A DNA stretch of 63,220 bases, counting the filler, from Octopus bimaculoides (lineage: Eukaryota): the NCBI RefSeq assembly GCF_001194135.2. It is 7 parts of 7 records of this genome, joined end to end, with 100 filler letters (N's around TTAATTAATTAA, not from the genome) between each part and the next. Parts side by side here need not be neighbours in the genome. Positions count along the whole stretch, not along the records: positions 12,967 to 20,420 come from NC_069001.1; positions 20,521 to 42,140 come from NC_068998.1; 5 more parts are not named here. The stretch is one strand, 5' to 3'. Below the pieces are notes generated by a model. The model did not search any database, was not told the origin of the DNA, and saw only the letters and a list, made by a program, of their open reading frames with translations. The translations under genes and the position numbers were made by a program. This document shows positions 13,068 through 23,930 of this stretch, piece by piece (position 1 is the stretch's first letter; each line of letters starts with the position of its first letter).

Positions 13068-14208
13068 CGATTTCTAAACTTTTTTGTATAGTTTATCATA
13101 GTCCTAATGTGTTTTCCTTTTGGTATGTCTTCCCGCTTTACATCATTATTACCTCCTGAAGTTCCTGGTATCGGTGTCTCATCCCTCTCTGTATCTCTCT
13201 CTGTATCTCCCTCACTCCTTCCTTTCTTTTCTGCACTTATTTTCTCCGTAATAATTCTCTTTGGTATGGCTGGTCTTACCACTGACTCTCCTCTATGTTC
13301 TCCTTTCTCTTTTTCAGCAGACTCTTGGGTGGCAAATTCACGTTTTCTTCTCTCTTCTTTCTTTTTCCTTATGTATACTTTTCTCCCACATTTTCTGTCT
13401 TCTTTCCGCCTACTTGCATTTGTGCCTCAACTCTTTGTTCTTCCTCTTCCTGATGCTCTTGCTTTACTTCCTCTTCGTATTTCTGGGGACACCTCGCTTT
13501 CATGTGTTCCCGTATTCTGCAGTAGTGGCAGATGGGAGGTCTTCCCTACACTACCACTCTCAGTTTTACATCCTCAGGCAATAAATCTCTTCTGTGATTT
13601 TATGCAAATCCGTTAAACTGATTTGGACCGTCACCTCGAGGCCGTATCCCCAACAGTTTACCTCTGTTCTTGTAACCTTGAGAATTTTTGTTTCTTCCTC
13701 TGTATTGAAGAGGCTGCCACCAGCCACACCTCATCAATCTCTGGGGCACTCTGCCAGTCCTAACTCTGGCCGCACGTTTTCCACAGTAGGTTGGCAGTAG
13801 TGCCCAATCTGACAACCTCAACAGCACAGTGGAGTACTTTATCGCGTCCTTTTCGGTCGCGAACCGAACCTCCACTGCGCCGTACTTCTTTCCTCTAGTA
13901 TAAATGTCCTTTAGGCATTCCTCCACTGTTTCCACCTTTTTAGTTGCTTTAGACAGCATTCTATAGATTACTGTCCTTTTCGTCGTCTTCTCTGTCACAT
14001 CTTTAGGCAGGGTGAGCCTCAGGCTGGTACCCTCCTTTGCGACGAGTTCGTTAAACTCCTTCAATCTTTTCTCCTCAAATTTCACTTCTCTCACTTGTAG
14101 TACATCCGCAGTCAAACCCTTTCCGGTTGCTGCAGCATAAATACCGACTGGTTGGGTCTCCATTTTCTCGTTTGTTGCAACTTCACCCATAAATGGGGAA
14201 GAAAACAA
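13068..14208 (-). pseudogene. Tx1/L1-clade LINE ORF1 (gag-like) pseudogene: RRM-like N-terminal region, CCHC zinc knuckle, charged tail
   Basis: ORF 13600..14208 (YAAATG...KRTVIYR...GAVEVRFATEKDA). After frameshifts the minus strand continues VVV*GRPPICHYCRIREHMKARCPQ, a CX2CX4HX4C motif at 13489-13530 preceded by the GRPP motif typical of L1/Tx1 ORF1. Confidence 0.75.
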
Positions 14209-14348
14209 TTAAGCAAAAATAACAATTCAAAACTTCAATTCATTAACAGTAGGTACGAAAGACCTTCAACAAGCATCAGCAAAGCGATTTACACGTATAC
14301 TTAAACACAAACTTCACTCAACTCAGGGTTCCAGGTCACTCGTCGCCA

Positions 14349-14947
14349 TTGTTCAGCTAGAGGTGGCGCTGCCAAGTTCCAGTTCGAAATATATAGTTTT
14401 CAAAGTGTTGTGTCGACGCCTCCAAGCGAAGAAGTAGGATCGCCCAAGACATAAATAGAGGTAGTCTGGCCGCGGTAGGGGTTCAGTAGCTGTTGAGTAG
14501 CAGTCGAGCAGAGATCATCCGAAGGTGCTAGATAGCAGTAGCTTGAGACATAACACAAAGTGACAACTAGTCACTGATCTATAAATTAGAAAATTACTAT
14601 TTGTAAATTTCACAACGAGAGATATTCAACAACAGTACTTTGAAGTAAAGATTATTTTAAATCGCAATACACAGATATTGTTTTGAGCTGAGTGGGGGTG
14701 CTGGATTCCTGTATAGCCAGCTGGAGACGATGTCTGCTTGGGCTAAATTACCGCAACATTCGTCCAAAACCAGGACTACCATGTTATGTTGGCAAATAAT
14801 CTTTACTCCAAAGTGCTGTTGCTGAATATCTCTCGTTGTGAGATTTACAAATAGTAATTTTCTAATTTATAGATCAGTGACTAGTAGTCACTTTGAAAAC
14901 TATATATTTCGAACGGGAACTCGACAGCGCCACATCTACCCGAACAA
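14349..14947. repeat. Foldback with 154-bp arms (left 14349-14405 + 14561-14657; right 14794-14947) and a 136-bp spacer
   Basis: Manual alignment gives 143/154 identity with no indels other than the insertion at 14406-14555. Confidence 0.95.
14406..14555 (+). mobile_element. 150-bp solo-LTR/TRIM-like insertion
   Basis: TG...CA ends and a 9-bp terminal IR (TGTTGTGTC / GACATAACA, 1 mismatch). CAAAG target duplication at 14401-14405 and 14556-14560. ATAAATA at 14451 and Inr-like TTCAGT at 14482. Confidence 0.7.
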
Positions 14948-15035
14948 CTTTTTTTTTTGTTGTTTTTTGAAGAACTCTGGCCGAATTTTTTGTGCGAAAC
15001 CACCATTGTTGGGTGGTAGTGAATAATTGAGAAAA

Positions 15036-15311
15036 ATGAGAAGTTATGCAGAAGCTACTGGAGGTCGAGTTCCCCTAGACCCAAGTGTGTTGAAACAGGA
15101 GATATTACAGTGGAATGGAGAGCTGATAAAGAAATATAGTATTATGGTAGAGAAGAAAGGGTCAAATATAAAAATGACCCTGCCAGAAGAGGAGAAAATG
15201 GAAAAGAAGACGGTCATATTCAGAACATTTTCGAATAAAAATAGAATTGAGCACGCGCCGCAAGAAGAAATAGAAGAAATTGTGGATGAAAAGGAGAAGA
15301 TGAAGTGGTAA
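15036..15311 (+). pseudogene. Truncated ORF1 N-terminus, homologous to the left ORF1
   Basis: MRSYAEATG...KKGSNIKMTLPEEEKMEKKTVIFR aligns with YAAATG...KEGTSLRLTLPKDVTEKTTKRTVIYR of the 13600..14208 ORF. Confidence 0.7.
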
Positions 15312-15329
15312 GTCGTGATTTATTTTGAA

Positions 15330-15420
15330 GACTTCTTTCATTATTGCCCACAAGGGGCTAAACACAGAAAGGACAACACACACATGTGGGGACAATAAAC
15401 ACATGAAAAAATGGGGTAAT
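15330..15420 (-). mobile_element. Isolated LINE/SINE 3' tail in reverse orientation
   Basis: The minus strand reads TTAGCCCCTTGTGGGCAATAA, matching the Tx1 3' end TTAGCCC-TTGTGGCCAATAA (18672-18691) at 19 of 21 positions. Confidence 0.7.
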
Positions 15421-15439
15421 GAAATTATACAATGACGAT

Positions 15440-15810
15440 AGGACAGCCACCCTGACCCCGCTCCGGCGTGGTTACGTTATTTCAGTTATTTCAAAAACGT
15501 CTTTCACAGTTCTTTCAATTTAAATCGCTACTTAACACTTTAAGTTCACCATTGGAGCGCCTGGTTCGAAATCCACCTCGGGCCCCAGTGAGTTTATGTC
15601 AGATAGGAAAGCCTCCTTTAACATTTTATACTTGTTCTTCACCATCAACACCCATTTCGTCTCTTTATCATAACCCTCCAAGGGCTTACTTTAACTGTTT
15701 TTCATTTTTTCTCTTTTCCTTTCTATTTTCTGTGTCTATATTATGCTGCCTCTGTTTTTCTATATTTCTATATTTCTATATAATAATAATAACAACAACA
15801 ACAACAATAA
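15440..15810 (+). mobile_element. Probable 3' UTR of a Tx1-related element with a (TAA)/(CAA) tail
   Basis: CTGACCCCGCTCCGGCGTGG resembles CTGACCAGGCTCCCGTGG just after the ORF2 stop (18484). A T-rich tract then leads into a simple-repeat tail. Confidence 0.4.
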
Positions 15811-15820
15811 TGATAATATT

Positions 15821-16042
15821 CACAGACACGACAGAGCTGGGACCTACATACACTGGAAGCTATGCCAACACTATGGAATAACAACAAAATAAAGATGGTA
15901 TAGGCACACATCAGAAAAAATCACAGAAAATGAGAAAGCAACCATACTTGAGGATATGCCAATACACACAGATAGAGAAATTAAGGCCAATAGGCCAGAT
16001 ATAGTTGTCAGAGATCGTGAAGAAAATAAATGCTTTCTAATT
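15821..16042 (+). pseudogene. R4/Dong-clade non-LTR retrotransposon fragment: restriction-like endonuclease (RLE) region
   Basis: One frame reads HRHDRAGTYIHWKLCQHYGITTK*RWYRHTSEKITENEKATILEDMPIHTDREIKANRPDIVVRDREENKCFLI, containing the RHD and NRPDIVV motifs of R4-clade RLE domains. Confidence 0.85.
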
Positions 16043-16084
16043 TGTTATACCCACACACAACACACCACCAGCACACATACTTTA

Positions 16085-18740
16085 AACATATCGTGTCGAC
16101 CGGGAGCGGGCGGTGGGGGTACTGCGGTGCTATTTTGGAAAGGCCTGGATTTGAAAATAAAGGCAGTCTTCCTGGATCCAGAAGGTAAGTTGGTGGTCCT
16201 GGACGTCGATAGTAGTGACAGCGCTGTCTTCAGACTGCTGGCTTCTTACGCTCCGACAGGAGCAGCGCAGTCGGATTATTTCAAACGTCTGGAGGTTTTC
16301 CTGGGTACTTCTCGCACTTGAGTGCTAGTTGGGGATTGGAACGCTGTCTTAGACGAACGTATCGATAGGGTGGGCACGGGAGCATCTGATAGGAGAGTGG
16401 GGTGCAAGAGCCTCGCCGACCTGCTCAGACGCTTTCAGCTGTCCGGGACGAACGGTAGGACGGACGACNNNNNNNNNNNNNNNNNNNNNNNNNNNNNNNN
16501 NNNNNNNNNNNNNNNNNNNNNNNNNNNNNNNNNNNNNNNNNNNNNNNNNNNNNNNNNNNNNNNNNNNNNNNNNNNNNNNNNNNNNNNNNNNNNNNNNNNN
16601 NNNNNNNNNNNNNNNNNNNNNNNNNNNNNNNNNNNNNNNNNNNNNNNNNNNNNNNNNNNNNNNNNNNNNNNNNNNNNNNNNNNNNNNNNNNNNNNNNNNN
16701 NNNNNNNNNNNNNNNNNNNNNNNNNNNNNNNNNNNNNNNNNNNNNNNNNNNNNNNNNNNNNNNNNNNNNNNNNNNNNNNNNNNNNNNNNNNNNNNNNNNN
16801 NNNNNNNNNNNNNNNNNNNNNNNNNNNNNNNNNNNNNNNNNNNNNNNNNNNNNNNNNNNNNNNNNNNNNNNNNNNNNNNNNNNNNNNNNNNNNNNNNNNN
16901 NNNNNNNNNNNNNNNNNNNNNNNNNNNNNNNNNNNNNNNNNNNNNNNNNNNNNNNNNNNNNNNNNNNNNNNNNNNNNNNNNNNNNNNNNNNNNNNNNNNN
17001 NNNNNNNNNNNNNNNNNNNNNNNNNNNNNNNNNNNNNNNNNNNNNNNNNNNNNNNNNNNNNNNNNNNNNNNNNNNNNNNNNNNNNNNNNNNNNNNNNNNN
17101 NNNNNNNNNNNNNNNNNNNNNNNNNNNNNNNNNNNNNNNNNNNNNNGAGCCGTTCAACATATCGCGTTCGGTTCGCCAAGGATGTCCTGTCTCCTCCCTT
17201 CTGTATGTATTGACTCTAGAGCCATTACTGCGGAAGTTGGAGGCTTTGGGAGACTTGATTGGCGAGACACTAAACGAGTACGAAGCGGTGACAAGTGCGA
17301 AAATTAACGCGGAAAAGTCAGTGGGCTTGCAACTGGGCACCTGGAGGGGCACGTCCATGTCGTCCAACAGCCTCGTAGTGCGCTGGACAGACGGACCCGT
17401 TAAACTGCTCGGGGTCTGGTTCGATCCGGACCTCCAGGAGGAGAAAAACTAGGAAGAGGTGACGAACAGGGTAGCCAATCTCACCCAGAAATGAGCCGAG
17501 AGGAAGTTATTCCTGAACGGTCGAGCGGAGGTGGAGAATGCGTACATCGCATCCGTCATCTATTACCGCTTGACCGTCGTCCCTTGTCCCGACCGCTGGT
17601 TGGCCAAGCTGGTACGCTTGCTCTTCGACTTTTTGTGGAAGGGTCAGGTACCACTGGTCAGGCACTCCATCTGCTGTCAACATCCGCTGAACGGAGGCCT
17701 TGGCATGCCATGGTTGCTACGACACCTCAAGCGTTTCCTGGACGGTGAACAGGTGTGGTCGCCGTTCGTCAGTTACGATTTTCCGCAGCTCGTTTCTTTA
17801 ATAGAGCTGCAATCCTGGATCAAACGTAGACCGAAAAAGGGCGCTTGGCACCTCGAGTGCCACCAAGCTCTCACCGCCATCAGCCAGGCGAGCAATGTGA
17901 TCGGTAGTAGCTCTACTCTATCGTTCTGTAGAGGGTTAATGGAGGAAAAGTGCGACGACGTTCTCGGGGAAACTCTAGGCGTCGAAGATAATCAGTTAAA
18001 CAATCTGTTCGGAAGAATATTCGGAAGTGCCGTCAGCCGGGCCTGCCCGAGATGCGCTCAGGACGACGAAACCGTTCTGCACGCACTCGTCCAGTGCCCG
18101 AGTATTGCTGACCTATGGATTTATGTCAAACAGCTACTGTCACGTGTAGGACGGATCCGGCTATCAGCTGAATCCATCGTGAAGATTGACCCGCCCATCT
18201 CCATTAACCGGGAGGGCAAGGCAATTTTCCTATGTTTAGTGGCGGTAGCGAAAGAGAAGGTATGGTGGACCCGTTTGAAAGGGCTAAAGTCAGACACTTT
18301 CCTCTTTGGCCAAGGCCTCATCAACTTTCTCAAGTTCCACTTGAAAAGGAAGATGAGAGTAGAGAGAGAAGTGCTGTCTCATAGCAAATTTGTTGAAAGA
18401 TGGGTGACTGTTGGAAGAATTTGCCAGTATGAACGGACCAATTCTGAGAATACACCTGTAGAAAAAGGTAATATTTTTATTTACTGACCAGGCTCCCGTG
18501 GCTTTTATGGGTTTTTCTACGTGTAACCTTTCGAAGTGCCTCCCCCTATTGGGAGTTTTATTTGTTATATCTTTCTCTGTTTTTTCTACTGTTTACACGA
18601 ACGTTTTCTTTTCGGACAAAACCCTTTGTAACGTTCGTCCTGTCTTTGTCCTTACATGTTCTTAATTTATATTAGCCCTTGTGGCCAATAAAACTAGAAT
18701 TTATTATTATTATTATCATTATTATTATTATTATTATTAT
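16085..18740 (+). mobile_element. Tx1-clade LINE, 5'-truncated ORF2 pseudogene (APE endonuclease, RT, C-terminal zinc finger) with 3' UTR and (TTA)n tail; gap at 16469-17147
   Basis: APE: GTAVLFWK...YAPT...LVGDWNAVLD. RT: SVRQGCPVSSLLYVLTLEPLLR, AKINAEKS, VKLLGVWF, GGLGMP. Zinc finger: CPRC...ETVLHALVQCP (18044-18097). Stops at 16319, 17450 and 17492. AATAAA at 18687, then (TTA)n. Confidence 0.92.
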
Positions 18741-18860
18741 TGTGTGCTTATTAACTATGTTACCACCTATATGGAGTTTTAATATAATAGTGTGCACATA
18801 TACGTATGTTCTGCACACATACAGACACACGCACACAAACACACACACGCACACAGACAC

Positions 18861-18942
<82 letters not shown>

Positions 18943-20520
18943 TTATAAGTATATATATATATATATATGTATTTATGCATGAATATAATGACATTTTTTA
19001 TATATTTGTGGGTAATTATAATTATATCTATATCCGTTTGGCTTTTTTCTCTCTCTTTGCACCGGTATGAGTATATTTATTTTTGCACGGCGTCCTTTCC
19101 TTCAAGTACACACTCAAATAAAACAACTTCAAAAATAACTATAATGCCTTTATCTATGTATACTAATTTGCAGATATATCCTCTGCTTACGTATTAGTAT
19201 ACACCAACAAATGTTTCCCCTTATAAGATTTTTTATATGACATTATATATGAATTATTTTGTATGTTTTGTATACTTATGTGCACCCACTAGTCAGGAAA
19301 AAAGTTTTTTCTTATATTCATAATGCATAATAACCTTCTATTACTTGAATACTTATTACTTACATAATATTACTATATATTTCCCTCTCACGTTATGCCA
19401 AGCTAGCTTCTTAACTCGTACTTTTATTTATACCTAAACATAGTCAATGTATTACATATCGAGACTTATAATTTAAATTTTTTTTCTACCCTTCATTCCT
19501 AGCACTATTATCTCTCCTACATTTCTACATTTCAGTTTACTACATATAATTAAACCTATGAACGTTGTTTTTTAATATTTATTGCCACTGCAAGTATTTA
19601 CTATCTAAATCTGTAATATTAACAACTAATTTCCTATTTTTTAAAACTGTTTACCTTATATTTAATACATACAAACGAATATTAGTTCTTACACAAAGAC
19701 AACTCCATTTTACGTAGCTCTTTAAGCATTTCTACCCACTAATACTTGTATTTGTTACATTCTAGCAGCCACCTATATACTACATTCTCTAGTTTAATTT
19801 CATTCTCACACACAATTTTTGTAAATACACACTACACCTAATATCGTTTATATCCTAATTCAAACATAACTCTGCTTTTCCACTGGACATTTCTATAAAA
19901 CGTCCTTACATACATGACTTATTTGGAGTTTGAATGAATCATCTACTTACTCTTCTATAGAGAGAACGTCTTATAAAACCTTTTTCACTTATATTTTCAA
20001 ATAACCGTTAGTTGCCTTAGTTTTAATTTATACATAACTAGACTCGCATTTTTTTATTATGATGCTCGTATTTTTCATAAGGATAAATATGAATATCCGA
20101 AAATATTCTTTTCTATTTCCTCTATCAAATCCTCTGTAATAATAATTTCTTGTTTATACTTCTTGCACTGAGGGGGACAGTGATATATAATTAATTTAAT
20201 TTAATCAAATTAATTTAATTATTTCTATTCTACCACGAATTTGCATGTTTTAATATCGCTGTTTGAAACGATCGTATGCATGAATTAAAATGCTTTCAAA
20301 TTTTAACATCTCTTCTCGATTTTTAAGGAATTTATTGAGTTTTATGGGATACCTTTCCATAAATTGACATAACACACACACACTGTATATATATGTATGT
20401 ATATATATATATATATATATNNNNNNNNNNNNNNNNNNNNNNNNNNNNNNNNNNNNNNNNNNNNTTAATTAATTAANNNNNNNNNNNNNNNNNNNNNNNN
20501 NNNNNNNNNNNNNNNNNNNN

Positions 20521-20581
<61 letters not shown>

Positions 20582-20777
20582 TCTTGCTTATTTATACATG
20601 GGAGCGTTTATGTTTGTGATTTTTATTCGTTTCTCTGTTTGTGAACGCAATATCTCAGCAATATGATTATATGACTGTGTTTAGTATGTAACTGGGTATG
20701 TTTGAGCCTTTTAAAATACACACACAAGCATATGTTCATGTGTATCTGTCTGTCTGTCTACACAAATATGTATGTAT

Positions 20778-21055
20778 CGTGGCACTCCGTCGGTTACGAC
20801 GACGAGGGTTCCAGTTGATCCAATCAACGGAACACCCTGCTCGTGAAAATTAACGTGCATGTGGCTGAGCACTCCACAGACACGTGTACTCTTAATGTAG
20901 TTCTCGGGGATATTCAGCGTGACACAGTGTGACAAGGCTGCCCCTTTGAAATATAGGTACAACAGAAACAGGAAGAAAGAGTGAGTTAAAGTGGTGGTGT
21001 AAGAGTACAGCAGGGTTCGCCACCAACCCCTGTCGGAGCCACGTGGAGCTTTAGG
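20778..21055 (+). mobile_element. Interspersed repeat family D, best-preserved copy
   Basis: GGCACTCCGTCGGTTACGACGACGAGGGTTCCAGTTG...; homologous copies at 11300 and 47078. Confidence 0.8.
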
Positions 21056-21283
21056 TGTTTTCACTCAATAAGCACTCACAACGCCCAGTCTGGGAAGCGA
21101 AACCGCGAAACCGTTGTTTACACCGTTGGTGACGCACATACATACGCATACACACAGTCACACCGTCGCCATATTTTTGCTCTCAGAGATTCATACACAA
21201 TTATTAATCATTTGCTCCTCTCGTACACACGTACACAGCCACGCACACATGCACATACACACGCTCTATTACACAAACTTCGC

Positions 21284-21323
<40 letters not shown>

Positions 21324-21540
21324 NNNNNNNNNNNNNNNNNNNNNNNNNNNNTTCATGTGTAATATAAAGTGAAATAATGCGTTATTTTATCTTAAATTCT
21401 AGACAAAAATTTATAGAAACGCGCAAACACATACCTGCATACACACTTCCAGCTATACATACAAACATATACATACACATGCGTAAATATAACATACATA
21501 CATACATACATACATGCATGCATGTACATTCATACGTATG

Positions 21541-21576
<36 letters not shown>

Positions 21577-21949
21577 CATATATATACACACATATATATA
21601 TATATATACATACGTATATACGCGCACACACACACACACATATATATACAAACACACATCCATGCATACACACATACACACACACATATATATACACATA
21701 CATGCAAACATGGAGATGTATGAGCAAATTGAATCATCAAAGCATACGCATACACATCGTGGCACACTATGAAACACTGACACATCCGTGGCTCCCCCTA
21801 CACGCTATAGCTTACCCCCCCACCACCACCACGCTAAATACACTAATTACAAACCATTTAACTGATCTGCGCCACCATGTTCATAAAGATGGCGCCTGAA
21901 TAAACAACATCAACAAATGCGAAACGACGAAAATATCAACAGAAGCAAA

Positions 21950-22213
21950 CAATACATGATGATGATGATGATGATGAAGACGCTGATGATGATGATGATG
22001 ATGACGATGATGACAATCATCATCATCATCATCATCATAACCACCACCACCACCATAACAACAACAGTAAATCTCTCTGTTGTCCTTTTCCTGTAATGTT
22101 TCTTCTGACTCATTAAAACAATAATGATGATGATGATTTTGAAAATGATGATGATGATGATAAAAATGATGATGATGATGACGACGACAAGAGCGACAAC
22201 AACAACAACAACA

Positions 22214-22262
<49 letters not shown>

Positions 22263-22406
22263 TATCAATTATTAGCCACCCGGGCGAAAGATGAAGAGGA
22301 CAATACAAAGACAGACATCAAGTGTGGGGATTTACACATAATGAAATGAGAGACGACGACGATGACGATGATGACGATGATGATGATGACCATCCTCCCC
22401 CTCCTC

Positions 22407-22438
<32 letters not shown>

Positions 22439-22742
22439 GCACAAAAAACATCAAAAACGAACATTATCAACAGGAGAAAAGCAACAAGCAAAGAAAAAAT
22501 CTAAAGAAAACAACAGCGGCGGCAGCAGCAGCAGAAGCAGCAGCAACGACGACGAGGACGACGACGACGACACCTTAATTATGAAGGAGTCACATCTACA
22601 CAAACATCTACACAAGCAACAACAAACAAACAACAACAAACAAACAAAAACGTCAACAAGAAACACCAACAACGTAAATTATTTGCTAATTAACGAGACT
22701 ATCATCAGCGGAAAGTATAACAACAACAACATCAACACCACC

Positions 22743-22774
<32 letters not shown>

Positions 22775-22854
22775 CAACAACAACAAGAGCATCATCAACA
22801 TAAACAGCATGCTAATTAACAAGACTATCATGAACAAAAAGTAGCAACGAGAAG
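21950..22854. repeat. Cryptic trinucleotide mosaic (GAT/CAT/AAC/AAT/CAG)
   Basis: Read directly; similar mosaics at 27645-28045, 38172-38750 and 40600-41530. Confidence 0.95.
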
Positions 22855-23743
22855 NNNNNNNNNNNNNNNNNNNNNNNNNNNNNNNNNNNNNNNNNNNNNN
22901 NNNNNNNNNNNNNNNNNNNNNNNNNNNNNNNNNNNNNNNNNNNNNNNNNNNNNNNNNNNNNNNNNNNNNNNNNNNNNNNNNNNNNNNNNNNNNNNNNNNN
23001 NNNNNNNNNNNNNNNNNNNNNNNNNNNNNNNNNNNNNNNNNNNNNNNNNNNNNNNNNNNNNNNNNNNNNNNNNNNNNNNNNNNNNNNNNNNNNNNNNNNN
23101 NNNNNNNNNNNNNNNNNNNNNNNNNNNNNNNNNNNNNNNNNNNNNNNNNNNNNNNNNNNNNNNNNNNNNNNNNNNNNNNNNNNNNNNNNNNNNNNNNNNN
23201 NNNNNNNNNNNNNNNNNNNNNNNNNNNNNNNNNNNNNNNNNNNNNNNNNNNNNNNNNNNNNNNNNNNNNNNNNNNNNNNNNNNNNNNNNNNNNNNNNNNN
23301 NNNNNNNNNNNNNNNNNNNNNNNNNNNNNNNNNNNNNNNNNNNNNNNNNNNNNNNNNNNNNNNNNNNNNNNNNNNNNNNNNNNNNNNNNNNNNNNNNNNN
23401 NNNNNNNNNNNNNNNNNNNNNNNNNNNNNNNNNNNNNNATATATATATATATATATATATACAGTTATCCGTATTATCTGTATGTATAATTAGTTTTTTT
23501 TTATGTTCTATAAGTATATGCGCGAGTGTGAGGTTGTGTGCGTATGTACGTGTGTATCTGAGTGTGTGTGTGTATATTTATATATATGTATGTATATAAG
23601 TATGTATGTTTATATATATGTATGTATTTGTGTACATTTATATATTTACATGTATGTTCAGGCGTATGTTTACAAATACGTATTTTATATATATTTGTAT
23701 ATTTGTGCATGCTACATGGTCCATGTGAAAATGATAAACCCAT

Positions 23744-23930
23744 GGGCGAAATGCTTAGTGGTTTTTCGTCTGTCTTTACGATCTGAGTTCAAATTTCGCC
23801 GAGGTCGACTTTGTCTTTCATCCTTTCGGGGTCGATAAATTTAATACTAGTTGCGTACTGGGGTCGATCTAATCGACTGGCCCCTTCCACAAACATTTCG
23901 GGCCTTGTGCCTAGAGTAGAAAAGAATATT
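23744..23930 (+). mobile_element. SINE family B (tRNA-derived head, CORE-like centre), tail type 1
   Basis: B-box-like GAGTTCAAATT, TTCATCCTTTCGGGGTCGATAAAT core, and tail GGGCCTTGTGCCTAGAGTAGAAAAGAAT. Homologous to copies at 25755, 42775, 60885 and 62475. Confidence 0.88.

Noticed and set aside
15555-15590. GGTTCGAAATCC as a tRNA B box or tRNA gene
   Set aside because: No matching A box or cloverleaf. All other A/B boxes in the window belong to SINE heads.
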